A DNA stretch of 64,000 nucleotides from Trichormus sp. ATA11-4-KO1 (GTDB taxonomy: Bacteria; Cyanobacteriota; Cyanobacteriia; Cyanobacteriales; Nostocaceae): NCBI GenBank assembly GCA_019358915.1, contig JAHHIM010000012.1, positions 1 to 64,000 of the forward strand. The letters are read 5' to 3'. The notes under the pieces are model-generated. The model was not told where the DNA came from and did not search any database. It saw nothing but the letters and a program-made list of their open reading frames with translations. Positions 1 through 10,305 of the stretch are shown here, piece by piece. The translations under genes and the position numbers were made by a program. Position 1 is the first letter of the stretch, and the number at the start of each line of letters is the position of its first letter.

Positions 1-124
1 CTCGTCAACTTTTTCTTTAATTTTTCTAGATGTTATCTTTTTCATGTTTTTGGAAGGTAAAGTTGGACATCTAGTTTTGGAAGGTAAAGTTGGACAACCT
101 GTCCAAAATCTTCTTCAAGTCACA
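1..124 (-). mobile_element. Probable end of a TGT-type transposon (IS481/IS21/Mu/Tn7-like) extending left out of the window
   Basis: Ends in ...AAGTCACA (TGTGAC on the minus strand) exactly where a TATAGCG-type MITE (125-203) is truncated. Carries a 22-bp direct repeat TTTTGGAAGGTAAAGTTGGACA at 48-69 and 75-96, plus an inverted degenerate copy at 100-116. Confidence 0.45.
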
Positions 125-203
125 GGTAGCGCAGAGTTACGCAAAGATTGCCCAATTTTGTTAGCGATGTACTCAGTACTTCAGCAGATTAGGAAACGCT
201 ATA
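125..203 (-). mobile_element. Truncated copy of the TATAGCG-TIR MITE
   Basis: Its reverse complement aligns with 35911-35989 (TATAGCGTTTCCTAAT...CTTTGCGTAACTCTGCGCTACC). Confidence 0.7.
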
Positions 204-280
204 GTAATGACATTTTTGTCACAACCTAGTTAAACTTTAAATAACTTTTATAGTCAAGCAGTTAATTATTAGAGTGCTTG

Positions 281-383
281 GGCGTTGCTGAATCATAGTA
301 TGAAATGCCAAAATTACCTTTCTTTTTCTTTGTACCTTTGCGTCTTTGCGTGAGACAAATTCATATTCTCAATCAGTAACGCC
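281..383 (+). mobile_element. GGCGTTGCTGA-TIR MITE, diverged copy
   Basis: TIRs GGCGTTGCTGAAT...AATCAGTAACGCC; flanked by the near-direct repeat GAGTGCTTG/GAGTACTTG; homologous to 5038-5148. Confidence 0.8.
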
Positions 384-445
384 GAGTACTTGAAGTACCC
401 CATTCCCTGGTTACTGAGCGCAGTTGAAGTACACTCCCCACTTAA

Positions 446-1777
446 TTACAACTGATTGCGAGCTTTGAGTTGCAAATATCGCTCAACTAACTGATCTGTA
501 ATGTAATTGGCTGGTGCATCAAGCACCAACACACCTTTTTGTTTCAACTGAGCAAAAGCAACTTGTCTCTGTGCTAATAAATCTAAAGCCACTGCACGAC
601 TATAAGCTTCTGTCACATCTGCGGTGAAAGTATCTGCTAGTCGTTCAACTTGAGGGTCTCGCAGAGTTACACAAAACGGTAAATAGCGGGGTGCTAGCCG
701 AGAAAGTGCCGCCAGGAGTTCGGTAGAGGCGGTAACATCCACTAAGTCAGTAATTACTACTACAAGTGCGCGACGAGTTTGCCTCTGCACCACACTTGTG
801 ACTGCTCCCAAATAATCAGATTCTAGTAATACTGGTTGAATAGGAGTCAAACGCTCAATTAACTGATGCAAATGATGTTGACCACGTTCTGGAGGAATCC
901 ATGTATGCATCAGGTGGTCAAATACACCTACCCCCACGCGATCGCCCCGATGTAACGCTGCTAAAGCTAACGATAAAGTAGCATTTAAACCCCAGTCAAA
1001 TCGCTGCAAACCTTGTACCCTTGAGGTCATCAACCGCCCACGATCCAACAAAATTAGTAAAGTTTGCTCCTGTTCTGGTTCTAATACTCTTACCAATGGT
1101 GGTGTGTTACCATAAGACCCGACTCGACGAGCAGTAGCTTTCCAATCAATTAACCGCAAATCATCACCAGTGCGATAGTTCCGCAGTTCGGCAAATTCTG
1201 TGCCAATACCCAATTGGCGAGATTGACGAATTGCTCCAGATGATTGTAGTGTCAGGCGAATTGAGAGCGATCGCAACCCCAACAAATCTGGATAAACCTT
1301 TACCCGCAGACTTTGGGGAATTTGCCAATCATCCCAAGCTAATCCCCAACTTCCCAACTGTCGTACTTGAATATTCCCCCAAGCAAATTCCCCTCGTTGT
1401 GTCGGATGGACTGTATAACTTAATTCTTGAGTACTGGTTGGGGAAACAGTCGCACGGAGTATGGGTGTAGATACGCCAAATCCTGCTGGGTAGTAATCGC
1501 GAATTTGCATGACAGCGTTAGTATTACCCGCATGTACTTTCAAGACAACCACATTATCCCGTCCAATAGATAATCGTGATGGCAATTCGCGGGTAACTTG
1601 AACACGACAACGCCGCACCTGCCAATTATCGACAACCATTAATCCCAGAACTACGACATCAAATAGCAAAGTCACGGCAATGCCGACAGTAATACTAAAG
1701 AATAGGGATAAGATGGGGGCGATCGCTATCCCCAAAAGCAATAACAAATAAACTCGGTTTGCGGGAATCATTGTCAT
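446..1777 (-). CDS. DUF58 domain-containing protein (MoxR-associated, vWA-like)
   Basis: Motif GxGTEFAELRNYRTGDDLRLIDWKATAR; N-terminal TM hairpin; LLLDRGRLM. Confidence 0.88.
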   Translation of the reverse strand: MTMIPANRVYLLLLLGIAIAPILSLFFSITVGIAVTLLFDVVVLGLMVVDNWQVRRCRVQVTRELPSRLSIGRDNVVVLKVHAGNTNAVMQIRDYYPAGFGVSTPILRATVSPTSTQELSYTVHPTQRGEFAWGNIQVRQLGSWGLAWDDWQIPQSLRVKVYPDLLGLRSLSIRLTLQSSGAIRQSRQLGIGTEFAELRNYRTGDDLRLIDWKATARRVGSYGNTPPLVRVLEPEQEQTLLILLDRGRLMTSRVQGLQRFDWGLNATLSLALAALHRGDRVGVGVFDHLMHTWIPPERGQHHLHQLIERLTPIQPVLLESDYLGAVTSVVQRQTRRALVVVITDLVDVTASTELLAALSRLAPRYLPFCVTLRDPQVERLADTFTADVTEAYSRAVALDLLAQRQVAFAQLKQKGVLVLDAPANYITDQLVERYLQLKARNQL

Positions 1778-1838
1778 CTAGATACTCAGTGGTTCCCTAG
1801 CTTATACCAATTTCTGGAAAAGAAGTCTAATACCCATC

Positions 1839-2792
1839 TCAACTGAGACTCATAAATAATGCGATTAATGTACATTCCCAAACCAGGCGTGGCTGGGCGT
1901 AATAAAGCAAGGATTTACGAGCTTGTTCTAGTTTGTGAATAATTTCTGGTTGATGCCATTGCTGCCAGTAAGACTGTTGGAGATAATCGACTAACCACAG
2001 TTGAGCTTCTGTATCTAAATCTTGAGCAATTTTCTTGGCTAACTCCAAGGCATGGCGGTAAGATGCAGGCGCTTTAGTGACATCTTGGAGTAAATTAGCC
2101 GGAATTGCTTGTAATTGCTCATAAGATGCGATCGCACTGCCTGGGCTACAGGCTGCTATGCTCAATACTGCCTGATGCTGCAAAATTTCTTGATGCCCTG
2201 TTTGGGTAAGTACTTGAGTTAAAGATTGTGCATCTAAACAAAAAAAAGGAATGCGTTGACAGCGTGACACCAATGTCGGTAGTACAGACTCAGGGGATGG
2301 TGCAATCAAAATCAACGTCGCCTGGCCTGGTTCTTCCAAAGTTTTCAGCAAAGCATTAGCTGCTGGTTCTGCCATTGTTTGGGCTTCCTCCAGTACTACC
2401 ATATTTCTCGGTGCTTCTAAGGGAGGTCGTCCGAGAAATTCGGTAATTTCGCGAACTTGCTCTAGCCTAATTACAGGCGGTGCTTTGCGTTTGAGTTTTT
2501 TTTCTGCTGCTTCTGCGGCGGTGAGCCTTTGCCCTTGATACTGGTACGTTGGCTGCACCCACCACAAATCAGGATGATTGTTTTGACGCAAACGACTTTG
2601 TAAAGAAGCAAGATTACGCGTCTGTGCAGAAAATAATAATTCCACAAAGCATCTTGCTGCTAAACTCCTTCCCACACCATCTGGCCCCACAAATAGATAA
2701 GCTGGGGCCACCCGGTTTTGTCTGACAGCCTGAGTGAGTAATTCTATGGCTTGTTGTTGCCCTACAAGTGATGCAAATGGATTAATCGTCAT
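1839..2792 (-). CDS. holB: DNA polymerase III subunit delta'
   Basis: AYLFVGPDGVGR, AANALLKTLEEP and LPTLVSRCQ clamp-loader motifs. Confidence 0.92.
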   Translation of the reverse strand: MTINPFASLVGQQQAIELLTQAVRQNRVAPAYLFVGPDGVGRSLAARCFVELLFSAQTRNLASLQSRLRQNNHPDLWWVQPTYQYQGQRLTAAEAAEKKLKRKAPPVIRLEQVREITEFLGRPPLEAPRNMVVLEEAQTMAEPAANALLKTLEEPGQATLILIAPSPESVLPTLVSRCQRIPFFCLDAQSLTQVLTQTGHQEILQHQAVLSIAACSPGSAIASYEQLQAIPANLLQDVTKAPASYRHALELAKKIAQDLDTEAQLWLVDYLQQSYWQQWHQPEIIHKLEQARKSLLYYAQPRLVWECTLIALFMSLS

Positions 2793-3283
2793 TAGTCAAT
2801 TGTAGATTTGTTAAATAAGTACTATGAAGAATGCTGAGTTAAGAAACCGCCCACACTTCGACAAGGCGGCGAAAGCGTTTCCTTCCTCTTGTTATTACTC
2901 AGCACTCAGCACTCAGCACTGAGTAGGGTAAAGAAAGGAACAGATTTTATCTAGCCGAACCAAGGTGAAGTTTCCCTGGGCTGTGCAATAGCATAATCTA
3001 TGCTTTTTGTTACGAAAATATTGTCAATAAAAGAAGATATGTATGATGTTTTTGGGGAATTTAAATTATGCCAAGAAATATCAATATTTAAGACATGATA
3101 CTTTGAAAAAAATATTTTTTATAGTATATTTTTTGGTTAAAAATAATGCTAATAAATAGCAATAATTGATACAAGTTTAATTTACCGAAATATCATCTTC
3201 ATTACAACTTTAAAAATTATTTAGAGAGACAATGGGTGCAGAAAAAGAATACTAAAAATTTGCGCTCGGAGACGAATAGAATA

Positions 3284-5002
3284 ATGGTAGCGATCTCAGA
3301 GAACGTACAGCATCGACTGACAATACAGACTGTAGAAATTGCCCCTAACACAACGGCGATTCGCTCTCTTGACTGGGATCGCGATCGCTTCGATATCGAA
3401 TTCGGACTGCAAAACGGTACGACTTACAATTCCTATTTAATTAGGGGTGAACAAACAGTTTTAATCGATACTTCCCACCAGAAGTTTCGTCAACTGTATC
3501 TAGACACACTCAAAGGTCTGGTTAACCCCAAGACTATTGATTACATAATTGTTAGCCATACAGAACCAGACCATAGCGGCTTGGTGGAAGATGTGCTTCA
3601 GCTAGCACCCAGAGCTACTGTATTGGCTTCAAAAATTGCTCTGCAATTTTTAGAAGGTTTGGTACACGATCCATTTTCCAAGCGGATTGTCAAAAGTGGC
3701 GATCGCATCGACATTGGCAAGGGACACGAAATTGAATTCGTGAGTGCGCCTAACCTGCACTGGCCAGACACTATCTTCAGCTACGATCGCAAAACCCAAA
3801 TTATCTACACCTGTGATGCCTTTGGGATGCACTTCTGTGACAATCGCACCTTTGATGAAGACTTAGAGGCGATCGAAGCTGACTTTAGATTTTACTATGA
3901 CTGTCTCATGGGACCCAATGCACGTTCTCTATTAAATGCCATGAAGAGAATGGGCGATCTGGGAAAGATTAACATCATCGCCAATGGTCACGGGCCTCTA
4001 CTATATCATCATTTAGATGTACTCACCGAGTGCTACCACAGTTGGAGCCAAAGACAAGCCACAACAGAAACCACCGTCGGCTTGTTTTATGTTTCCGAGT
4101 ATGGTTATGGTGACCAACTTGGTATGGCCATCGCTGAGGGCATCCAAAAAACTGGAGTTGGGGTAGAGGTCATTGACCTCAGTACAGCTGAACTGCAAGA
4201 AATTCAAGAACTAGCAGGGAGAGCCACCGGCATTATTATTGGGATGCCCCCATCTACTGCTGTAGCGGCTCAAGCTGGTATCAGTTCATTGCTATCTGTC
4301 GTCAAAGACAAACAACTGGTAGGCTTGTTTGAATGTTACGGCGGCGATGATGAACCCGTTGATACCCTGCGGCGGAAATTTATCGACTTGGGTGTGAAAG
4401 AAGCCTTCCCCGCCATTCGGATTAAAGAAGCTCCCACCGCCAGCACATTCCAAATGTGCCAAGAAGCAGGTACAGACTTGGGACAATTGCTGATGCGCGA
4501 ACACAACATCAAGCAAATCAAGTCCCTTGATGTCAACATGGAAAAAGCTTTGGGGCGGATTAGCAGTGGACTTTATATTGTCACCACCCAAAAAGGTGAT
4601 GTTAAAAGTGCCATGCTAGCCTCCTGGGTAGCGCAAGCAAGTTTGCAACCTTTAGGATTCACAATTGCCGTAGCCAAAGACCGCGCCATTGACTCCTTAA
4701 TGCAAGTAGGCGATCGCTTCGTTCTCAACGTCCTGGAAGAAGGCAACTATCAAGAACTGAAAAAGCAATTTCTCAAGCGCTTGCATCCTGGTGCTGACAG
4801 ATTTGCTGGCGTCAAAACCCAAACCGCTAAAAACGGTTCTCCCATCCTCACAGACGCTTTAGCCTACATGGAATGTGAAGTCCAAAGCAGCATGGAATGT
4901 AGCGACCACTGGATTTTGTATTGCACCGTCCAAGAAGGTCGTGTTTCTAAAGCTGATGCACTGACAGCAGTTCGTCATCGCAAAGTCGGCAACTATTACT
5001 AA
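3284..5002 (+). CDS. flv3B: Class C flavodiiron protein, Flv3B type (heterocyst)
   Basis: Metallo-beta-lactamase domain with intact HTEPDH ligands, flavodoxin domain and C-terminal flavin reductase; tandem with a Flv1-type gene. Likely start is ATG 3284; the ORF is open from 3236. Confidence 0.85.
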   Translation: MVAISENVQHRLTIQTVEIAPNTTAIRSLDWDRDRFDIEFGLQNGTTYNSYLIRGEQTVLIDTSHQKFRQLYLDTLKGLVNPKTIDYIIVSHTEPDHSGLVEDVLQLAPRATVLASKIALQFLEGLVHDPFSKRIVKSGDRIDIGKGHEIEFVSAPNLHWPDTIFSYDRKTQIIYTCDAFGMHFCDNRTFDEDLEAIEADFRFYYDCLMGPNARSLLNAMKRMGDLGKINIIANGHGPLLYHHLDVLTECYHSWSQRQATTETTVGLFYVSEYGYGDQLGMAIAEGIQKTGVGVEVIDLSTAELQEIQELAGRATGIIIGMPPSTAVAAQAGISSLLSVVKDKQLVGLFECYGGDDEPVDTLRRKFIDLGVKEAFPAIRIKEAPTASTFQMCQEAGTDLGQLLMREHNIKQIKSLDVNMEKALGRISSGLYIVTTQKGDVKSAMLASWVAQASLQPLGFTIAVAKDRAIDSLMQVGDRFVLNVLEEGNYQELKKQFLKRLHPGADRFAGVKTQTAKNGSPILTDALAYMECEVQSSMECSDHWILYCTVQEGRVSKADALTAVRHRKVGNYY

Positions 5003-5037
5003 TTAGGGAATGGGGCGCAGGAGACAAGAGGACAAAG

Positions 5038-5148
5038 GGCGTTGCTGAATCAGAATATGAAATGCTAAAATCACCCTGATTTTTCTTTGTACCTTTGCGC
5101 CTTTGCGCCTTTGCGCGAGATAAATTCATATTTTCAATCAGCAACGCC
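5038..5148 (+). mobile_element. 111-bp GGCGTTGCTGA-TIR MITE with 8-bp TSD
   Basis: TSD GGACAAAG at 5030-5037 and 5149-5156; identical to the reverse complement of 50510-50620. Confidence 0.92.
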
Positions 5149-5317
5149 GGACAAAGAGACAAGGGAAAATTCTCACCCCATCTCCCCTGCTCCCCATACC
5201 TCCTGCCAGCATTTGATAATTCCCATGAGCTTCCTGAATCGCTTCATTCAATCTGTTAAAAACTGGGCAACATCTACCCGGTTTTTCCATTTTTTTTCTA
5301 CACTTCATCAAAAATCT

Positions 5318-7030
5318 ATGAGCAATTCCAAACCCCGTGACGTACAAGTTCTCCCCATCGCTACAAACACGAAATTTATTAGAGCGCGTAGTTGGTCACG
5401 CCTGCGGTTTGAAATTGAATATGCACTAGAGCGAGGTACTACCTCTAATTGCTATTTAATTGCAGGTGATAAAACGGCAATTATTGACCCACCTGCGGAA
5501 ACTTTCACGGAAATTTATCTAGAAGCATTGCAGCAGACTCTCAACTTAAAAAAGTTGGATTATGTAATTTTGGGTCATTTTAGTCCTAACCGGGTGCCAA
5601 CTCTCAAAACACTTCTAGAATTAGCACCACAGGTAACCTTTGTCTGTTCTCTACCTTGTGCTGCTAATTTGCGTAATGCTTTCCCAGAGGATGCACTACA
5701 AATCTTAGTAATGCGGGGAAAAGAAACTCTAGATTTAGGTAAGGGTCATGTTTTAAAATTCTTGCCGATTCCTAGTCCCCGTTGGCCAGAAGGACTTTGT
5801 ACCTACGACCAGCAAACCCAAATTCTCTACACAGATAAGCTATTTGGCAGTCATATCTGTGGTGATGAAGTATTTGATGACAACCCGGAAGCATTCAAGG
5901 ATGACCAGCGCTACTACTACAACTGTCTGATGGCTCCCCAAGCGCTGCACGTGGAAGCCGCTTTGGAAAAAATCTCAGATTTGCAGGTGAGAATGTATGC
6001 TGTCGGTCACGGGCCTTTGGTACGTACTGGTTTAATTGAATTGACCAAAGCTTACGCACAATGGAGCCGCGCTCAAAAAGATCGGGAAATATCTGTGGCC
6101 CTACTTTATGCCTCAGCCTATGGAAATACAGCAATCCTAGCCCAGGCAATGGCTTTGGGGCTAACTAAAGGCGGAGTTGCAGTCCAGTCGATTAACTGTG
6201 AATTTGCGACCCCTGATGAAATCAAAACTGCTGTGGAACAGTCTGATGGCTTTGTGATTGGTTCTCCCACTATCGGCGGCCATGCACCTACTCCCATTCA
6301 TACTGCTTTGGGGATTGTGCTAACAGTTGGTGATAGCAGCAAACTCGCAGGTGTTTTTGGTTCCTACGGTTGGAGTGGCGAAGCATTTGATTTGATTGAA
6401 GGTAAGCTACGGGATGCTGGCTATCGTTTTGGTTTTGAAACCCTGAAGGTTAAATTTAAACCCGATGATGTCACTCTCAAATTTTGTGAAGAAGTCGGTA
6501 CAGACTTTGCCCAAAGCCTGAGAAAAGCGAAAAAAGTTCGTTTACCACAACAAGCCGCTACACCTATGGAACAAGCCGTGGGTCGAATTGTCGGTTCAGT
6601 TTGCGTAGTTTCCGCTAAACAAGGTGACGTGTCTACGGGAATGCTAGGCGCTTGGGTATCTCAAGCTACTTTTAATCCACCTGGTTTGACTGTGGCGATC
6701 GCCAAAGAAAGAGCGATTGAATCTCTCATGTATCCAGGTGGTAAATTTGTGCTGAATATCCTGGAGGAAGGCAATCATTTAGAGTACATGAAGCACTTCC
6801 GGAAAAGTTTTGCCCCAGGGGAAGACCGATTTGCTAACTTTAGTACCACAGTTGCCGATAATGGTTGTACAGTTCTCACTGATGCTTTGGCATACGTTGA
6901 ATGCTCCGTCAACCAACGTCTGGAATGTGGCGATCACTGGGTGGTTTATGCCACTGTTGACAACGGTAAATTAATTAAACCTGATGCTGTTACTGCCATT
7001 AACCATCGTAAAACGGGCACTCATTATTAG
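5318..7030 (+). CDS. flv1B: Class C flavodiiron protein, Flv1B type
   Basis: Non-canonical metal site GHFSPNR typical of Flv1/Flv2; flavodoxin and flavin reductase domains. The likely start is MSNSKPRD (5318); the upstream ORF extension runs through the MITE. Confidence 0.85.
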   Translation: MSNSKPRDVQVLPIATNTKFIRARSWSRLRFEIEYALERGTTSNCYLIAGDKTAIIDPPAETFTEIYLEALQQTLNLKKLDYVILGHFSPNRVPTLKTLLELAPQVTFVCSLPCAANLRNAFPEDALQILVMRGKETLDLGKGHVLKFLPIPSPRWPEGLCTYDQQTQILYTDKLFGSHICGDEVFDDNPEAFKDDQRYYYNCLMAPQALHVEAALEKISDLQVRMYAVGHGPLVRTGLIELTKAYAQWSRAQKDREISVALLYASAYGNTAILAQAMALGLTKGGVAVQSINCEFATPDEIKTAVEQSDGFVIGSPTIGGHAPTPIHTALGIVLTVGDSSKLAGVFGSYGWSGEAFDLIEGKLRDAGYRFGFETLKVKFKPDDVTLKFCEEVGTDFAQSLRKAKKVRLPQQAATPMEQAVGRIVGSVCVVSAKQGDVSTGMLGAWVSQATFNPPGLTVAIAKERAIESLMYPGGKFVLNILEEGNHLEYMKHFRKSFAPGEDRFANFSTTVADNGCTVLTDALAYVECSVNQRLECGDHWVVYATVDNGKLIKPDAVTAINHRKTGTHY

Positions 7031-7087
7031 CAGGATAATTGATACTAATTTGCAATTAGCTACTAACTTTTGATTCATAGCGAAAGA

Positions 7088-7125
7088 CTCCTGCCAAACT
7101 TAGATGATGGCAGGAGCCTTCTTCT
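7088..7125 (+). terminator. Putative intrinsic terminator after flv1B
   Basis: CTCCTGCCA-N11-TGGCAGGAG stem followed by a pyrimidine run. Confidence 0.5.
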
Positions 7126-7140
7126 CAGCTACAAAGTAAA

Positions 7141-7367
7141 CTCACATCTTGCACCAAGCGACTGAAGTCGCGGCTACACGAACAAAACCCGCACTTCGAC
7201 AAGAGTTCGGCGAAGGCTACTTCGACAAGGCTCAGTACAAGTCACTCGAGCCGCTCAGTAACCACCTGCGCGGGTTCCAAATCCTTGATTTTACATTAGT
7301 CCGCATAGGCGGACTTTGTTTGTATAGCCACGAATTTCATTCGTTGGGGTTAGGTGCAAGATATGTG
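7141..7367. mobile_element. MITE with CTCACATCTTGCACC TIR, carrying nested REP-like and CTTCGAC..CTCAG short repeats
   Basis: CTCACATCTTGCACC...GGTGCAAGATATGTG flanked by TAAA on both sides; the inner GCGACTGAAGTCGCGGCTACAC element resembles 34981-35026 inverted. Confidence 0.7.
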
Positions 7368-7742
7368 TAAAGGCTAACGTACTGTGCGATGGGATATTTT
7401 TTTCATTGGCAGTGCTTGATATTAGTGTAACCCTCACTACGTCAGCATCTCAATCAGCCTAACGAAGAAAATTCGCCTTTACCCTTGGCCAATAGAAAAT
7501 TTATTTGTAGACTCTGACAGAGAGGAAAGCTATAACTACAATAGTACTTTTAACTGGGAACCTTTAGCATCATGCTCAGTCTAGCAAAACTGGCAGAAAT
7601 ATTGAGGTAAGATTCCGCAATTGCCACCAAGACAACTGAATACATATCATGTCATCTTTAACTAGGAAATCAGTATCTGGCAGTTCTCACACAACATGCC
7701 AACTACTCTGCCGCAACGCTTTTATACTATTTTGTTCCTCCT

Positions 7743-7922
7743 ATGTCCGCACAACACAACAAAATTAAATTTCCTTTTTGGCAGTATCTGAACCAACCCT
7801 TGTTTAGTCGTGATTCTAAATTAGAATTGAATCCTCGTCGTTTCGCCTATAGTTGGCGAATTGGTCTTTTAGAACGGTGCTTGAATAAAGAGTGTGATGC
7901 CAAAGGTCCTCAGCAGTATTAA
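7743..7922 (+). CDS. Small hypothetical protein (59 aa), below the ORF-track cutoff
   Basis: Manual translation MSAQHNKIKFPFWQYLNQPLFSRDSKLELNPRRFAYSWRIGLLERCLNKECDAKGPQQY; the FPxWQYLNQPLF..LNPRRF motif is recalled from small cyanobacterial proteins. Confidence 0.65.
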   Translation: MSAQHNKIKFPFWQYLNQPLFSRDSKLELNPRRFAYSWRIGLLERCLNKECDAKGPQQY

Positions 7923-7948
7923 TTCACGTTGTGGTGATTACAGGAGCA

Positions 7949-8668
7949 TTAATCCAAGGGCATAGCATGTAAATGTATGTCTCGTGGTTCAAATGACGTG
8001 AGGTAGTGTTGAAACCATTGACTAGCTAGTCGTGCTACTTCTTCCAGAGCACCAGGCTCACCAAACTGGTGAGTTGCTCCGGGAATAATTTCTAGTTGCT
8101 TGTTCTTTGCTGGAATTTGTGCTAATGCATCCTCATTCATCGCCATTATAGGGAGATCGTTCCCACCGACAATTAATAATGTGGGGGCTTGCAAGTAGGA
8201 AAGTATTTCACTAGCCAAATCGGTTTGTCCACTGCGCGAAACAATTGCCCTGACAGACATTGGGCGTGTTGCGGCTGCCAGTAATGCCGCACCGCCGCCA
8301 GTATCCGCACCAAAGTAGCCAACTTTGAGATGGCGAGTAATGGGGTTTTCCAACAGCCAGTCTGTTACAGCAACCAACCGTGCAGCTAGGAAACCAATGT
8401 CACAGTGAAAATGTTTGGTGCGCTGGTCTATTGTTTCTTCTTCTTTGGTCAGCAGGTCGATTAGTATAGTCGCCAGTCTTCCCTCCTGACGCAGCAGATG
8501 GGCAAGATAATGATTACGAGTATTGTATCGACTACTTCCAGTACTATGAGCAAATAGTACAATCCCTTCTGCATTTTCAGGCACAACCAACTCTCCTTTG
8601 AGCCTGATACTTCCTAATTCAACTATCACTATTTGCTCATCAACATTGGATAATAATTTGTGATCCAT
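7949..8668 (-). CDS. Dienelactone hydrolase-family alpha/beta hydrolase
   Basis: GIVLFAH, GYFGADTGGGAAL, PTLLIVGG and IIPGATHQF motifs. Confidence 0.82.
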   Translation of the reverse strand: MDHKLLSNVDEQIVIVELGSIRLKGELVVPENAEGIVLFAHSTGSSRYNTRNHYLAHLLRQEGRLATILIDLLTKEEETIDQRTKHFHCDIGFLAARLVAVTDWLLENPITRHLKVGYFGADTGGGAALLAAATRPMSVRAIVSRSGQTDLASEILSYLQAPTLLIVGGNDLPIMAMNEDALAQIPAKNKQLEIIPGATHQFGEPGALEEVARLASQWFQHYLTSFEPRDIHLHAMPLD

Positions 8669-8799
8669 TTGCTCTATCCTACTGATTCAATTTTAATTTG
8701 GGGATTTTACAGCGATGTGGAAATCAATGAACTATGGTAATCTGCTTTGATTTTTGGCTTTTTATGTTGTACTGAGGCTGTAATTTTCTCTCGCTATCA

Positions 8800-9477
8800 T
8801 TACCTCTTTGCTAAAAGTTGCTTTGCCAATAAGTTGCGGACTTCTTCATCAGTTGTTTGTGAGAAATCCTGATACCAAAGACCAATTGCATACATTGGCT
8901 CTGGCATAATCAAACAAATTATTTCTTCTACTACGGCTTGCAACTGCTCACAAGTTGTAGGAGGTGCAACTGGAATTGCTACAACAATGCGCTGGGGTTG
9001 CTGTTTTCGGAGTGCAATAATGGCAGCACGCATAGTTGAGCCAGTGGCAATACCGTCATCTATCAAAATAATGGTACGATTTTTGATTTCTGGTTGGGGG
9101 CGATCGCCACGATAAGCGCGATCGCGGCGCTGCAATTCTTGAAATTCTTGAGTAGCAACTTCCTCAATTGTCTGACGGTCAATACCCAATAAATTAATTA
9201 CATGAGAATTCAATACCTGGACACCGCCTGAAGCAAACTCCGTTCCAGGGAGCTTCGCTAACGCACCCAATGCCAATTCTTCATGACCAGGTACACCGAG
9301 TTTTCTTACCAAACAAATATCCAATGGTGCATCTAGCGCTTTTGCTACTTCGTATGCTACAGGCACGCCACCACGAGGCAATCCTAATACTAATACATCT
9401 TGACAATGAGCATAAGCTGTCAATTTTCTCGCTAACATCTGACCTGCTTCAGCTCGATTACGGAATTTAATAGTCAC
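8800..9477 (-). CDS. Phosphoribosyltransferase (type I)
   Basis: VLGLPRGGVPVA and the PRPP-binding IILIDDGIATGSTM motif. Confidence 0.88.
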   Translation of the reverse strand: MTIKFRNRAEAGQMLARKLTAYAHCQDVLVLGLPRGGVPVAYEVAKALDAPLDICLVRKLGVPGHEELALGALAKLPGTEFASGGVQVLNSHVINLLGIDRQTIEEVATQEFQELQRRDRAYRGDRPQPEIKNRTIILIDDGIATGSTMRAAIIALRKQQPQRIVVAIPVAPPTTCEQLQAVVEEIICLIMPEPMYAIGLWYQDFSQTTDEEVRNLLAKQLLAKR

Positions 9478-9700
9478 AACTATAACCTCCTGACAGAGCT
9501 ACATCAAACAAATATCTCACTTACCTCTACTTGACCCAAATTTGAGTTTGTCAAGTCATCTATTGCTATCTCATCAACCTCTAACTTCCCCTCTATCACA
9601 ACAGAGTACAGGGAAGATAGGTATCGGTCGTTTTTGCAAAAATTAAAGAAGAGTCCTGTATAAGAGATTGATTCGACTAGAATAACGATAGCTAGTGATT

Positions 9701-9863
9701 CAGGACTTACGCAAAATAATGAAAAAACGTTCGCGAAGCGTGCGCGCAGCGCATACCGTGAAGGACACGTAAAGCCTTCGGCATAGCTTCGCTTACCGCG
9801 CAGCGTCTCGAAGAGAAGAGCACGAAGGAAAGAGGGTTTCAGAGAGTTATTGCGTAAGTCCTA
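9701..9863. mobile_element. MITE with AGGACTTACGCA TIR, 5-bp TSD and nested short dispersed repeats
   Basis: CAGGACTTACGCAA...TTGCGTAAGTCCTA flanked by TGATT on both sides. Confidence 0.8.
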
Positions 9864-10305
9864 TGATTTATATCTTCAAATTAGAAGGTGATTTGGAGGA
9901 ATTTGTGAGTTTTTATAGTAGCCTCTATTTATTGCAATAAAAGTTAATAATTCTACGGAACAATTTTCACTTTAGCCGCAATTTTTTTCCTACCTTTATG
10001 ATACATCCATATCATATCAAGAGAAAAAATTACAGCATCAAAAATAAATGAAGTTAATTAGGTGCTAGCTATTCTCTCCTATCTGGCAATACTAGCAGTA
10101 ATCACTACTTCTTACTCTGCCAGTAAAAAATTAGTCAACTGCAAAACTGACTTCTTTCATCTCATGAACCTGAAGGATTATAACCATAGGTAGTTGATTA
10201 TACAAATATAAAATGTCAAATTTACCATTATCTGCCTAATGGGGTAAAAGCATAAAACTTGCTATGAACACAGCATAGTTAGTCAATTATGAAGGATTTT
10301 TTAGT

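Noticed and set aside
48..96. 22-bp direct repeat as a CRISPR array
   Set aside because: Only two copies with a 5-bp gap, no spacers and no cas genes.
5087..5317. N-terminal extension of Flv1B, and the short ORFs 4947-5162, 7149-7370 and 50436-50672
   Set aside because: These frames run through MITE or repeat sequence; the same peptide appears at two MITE copies.
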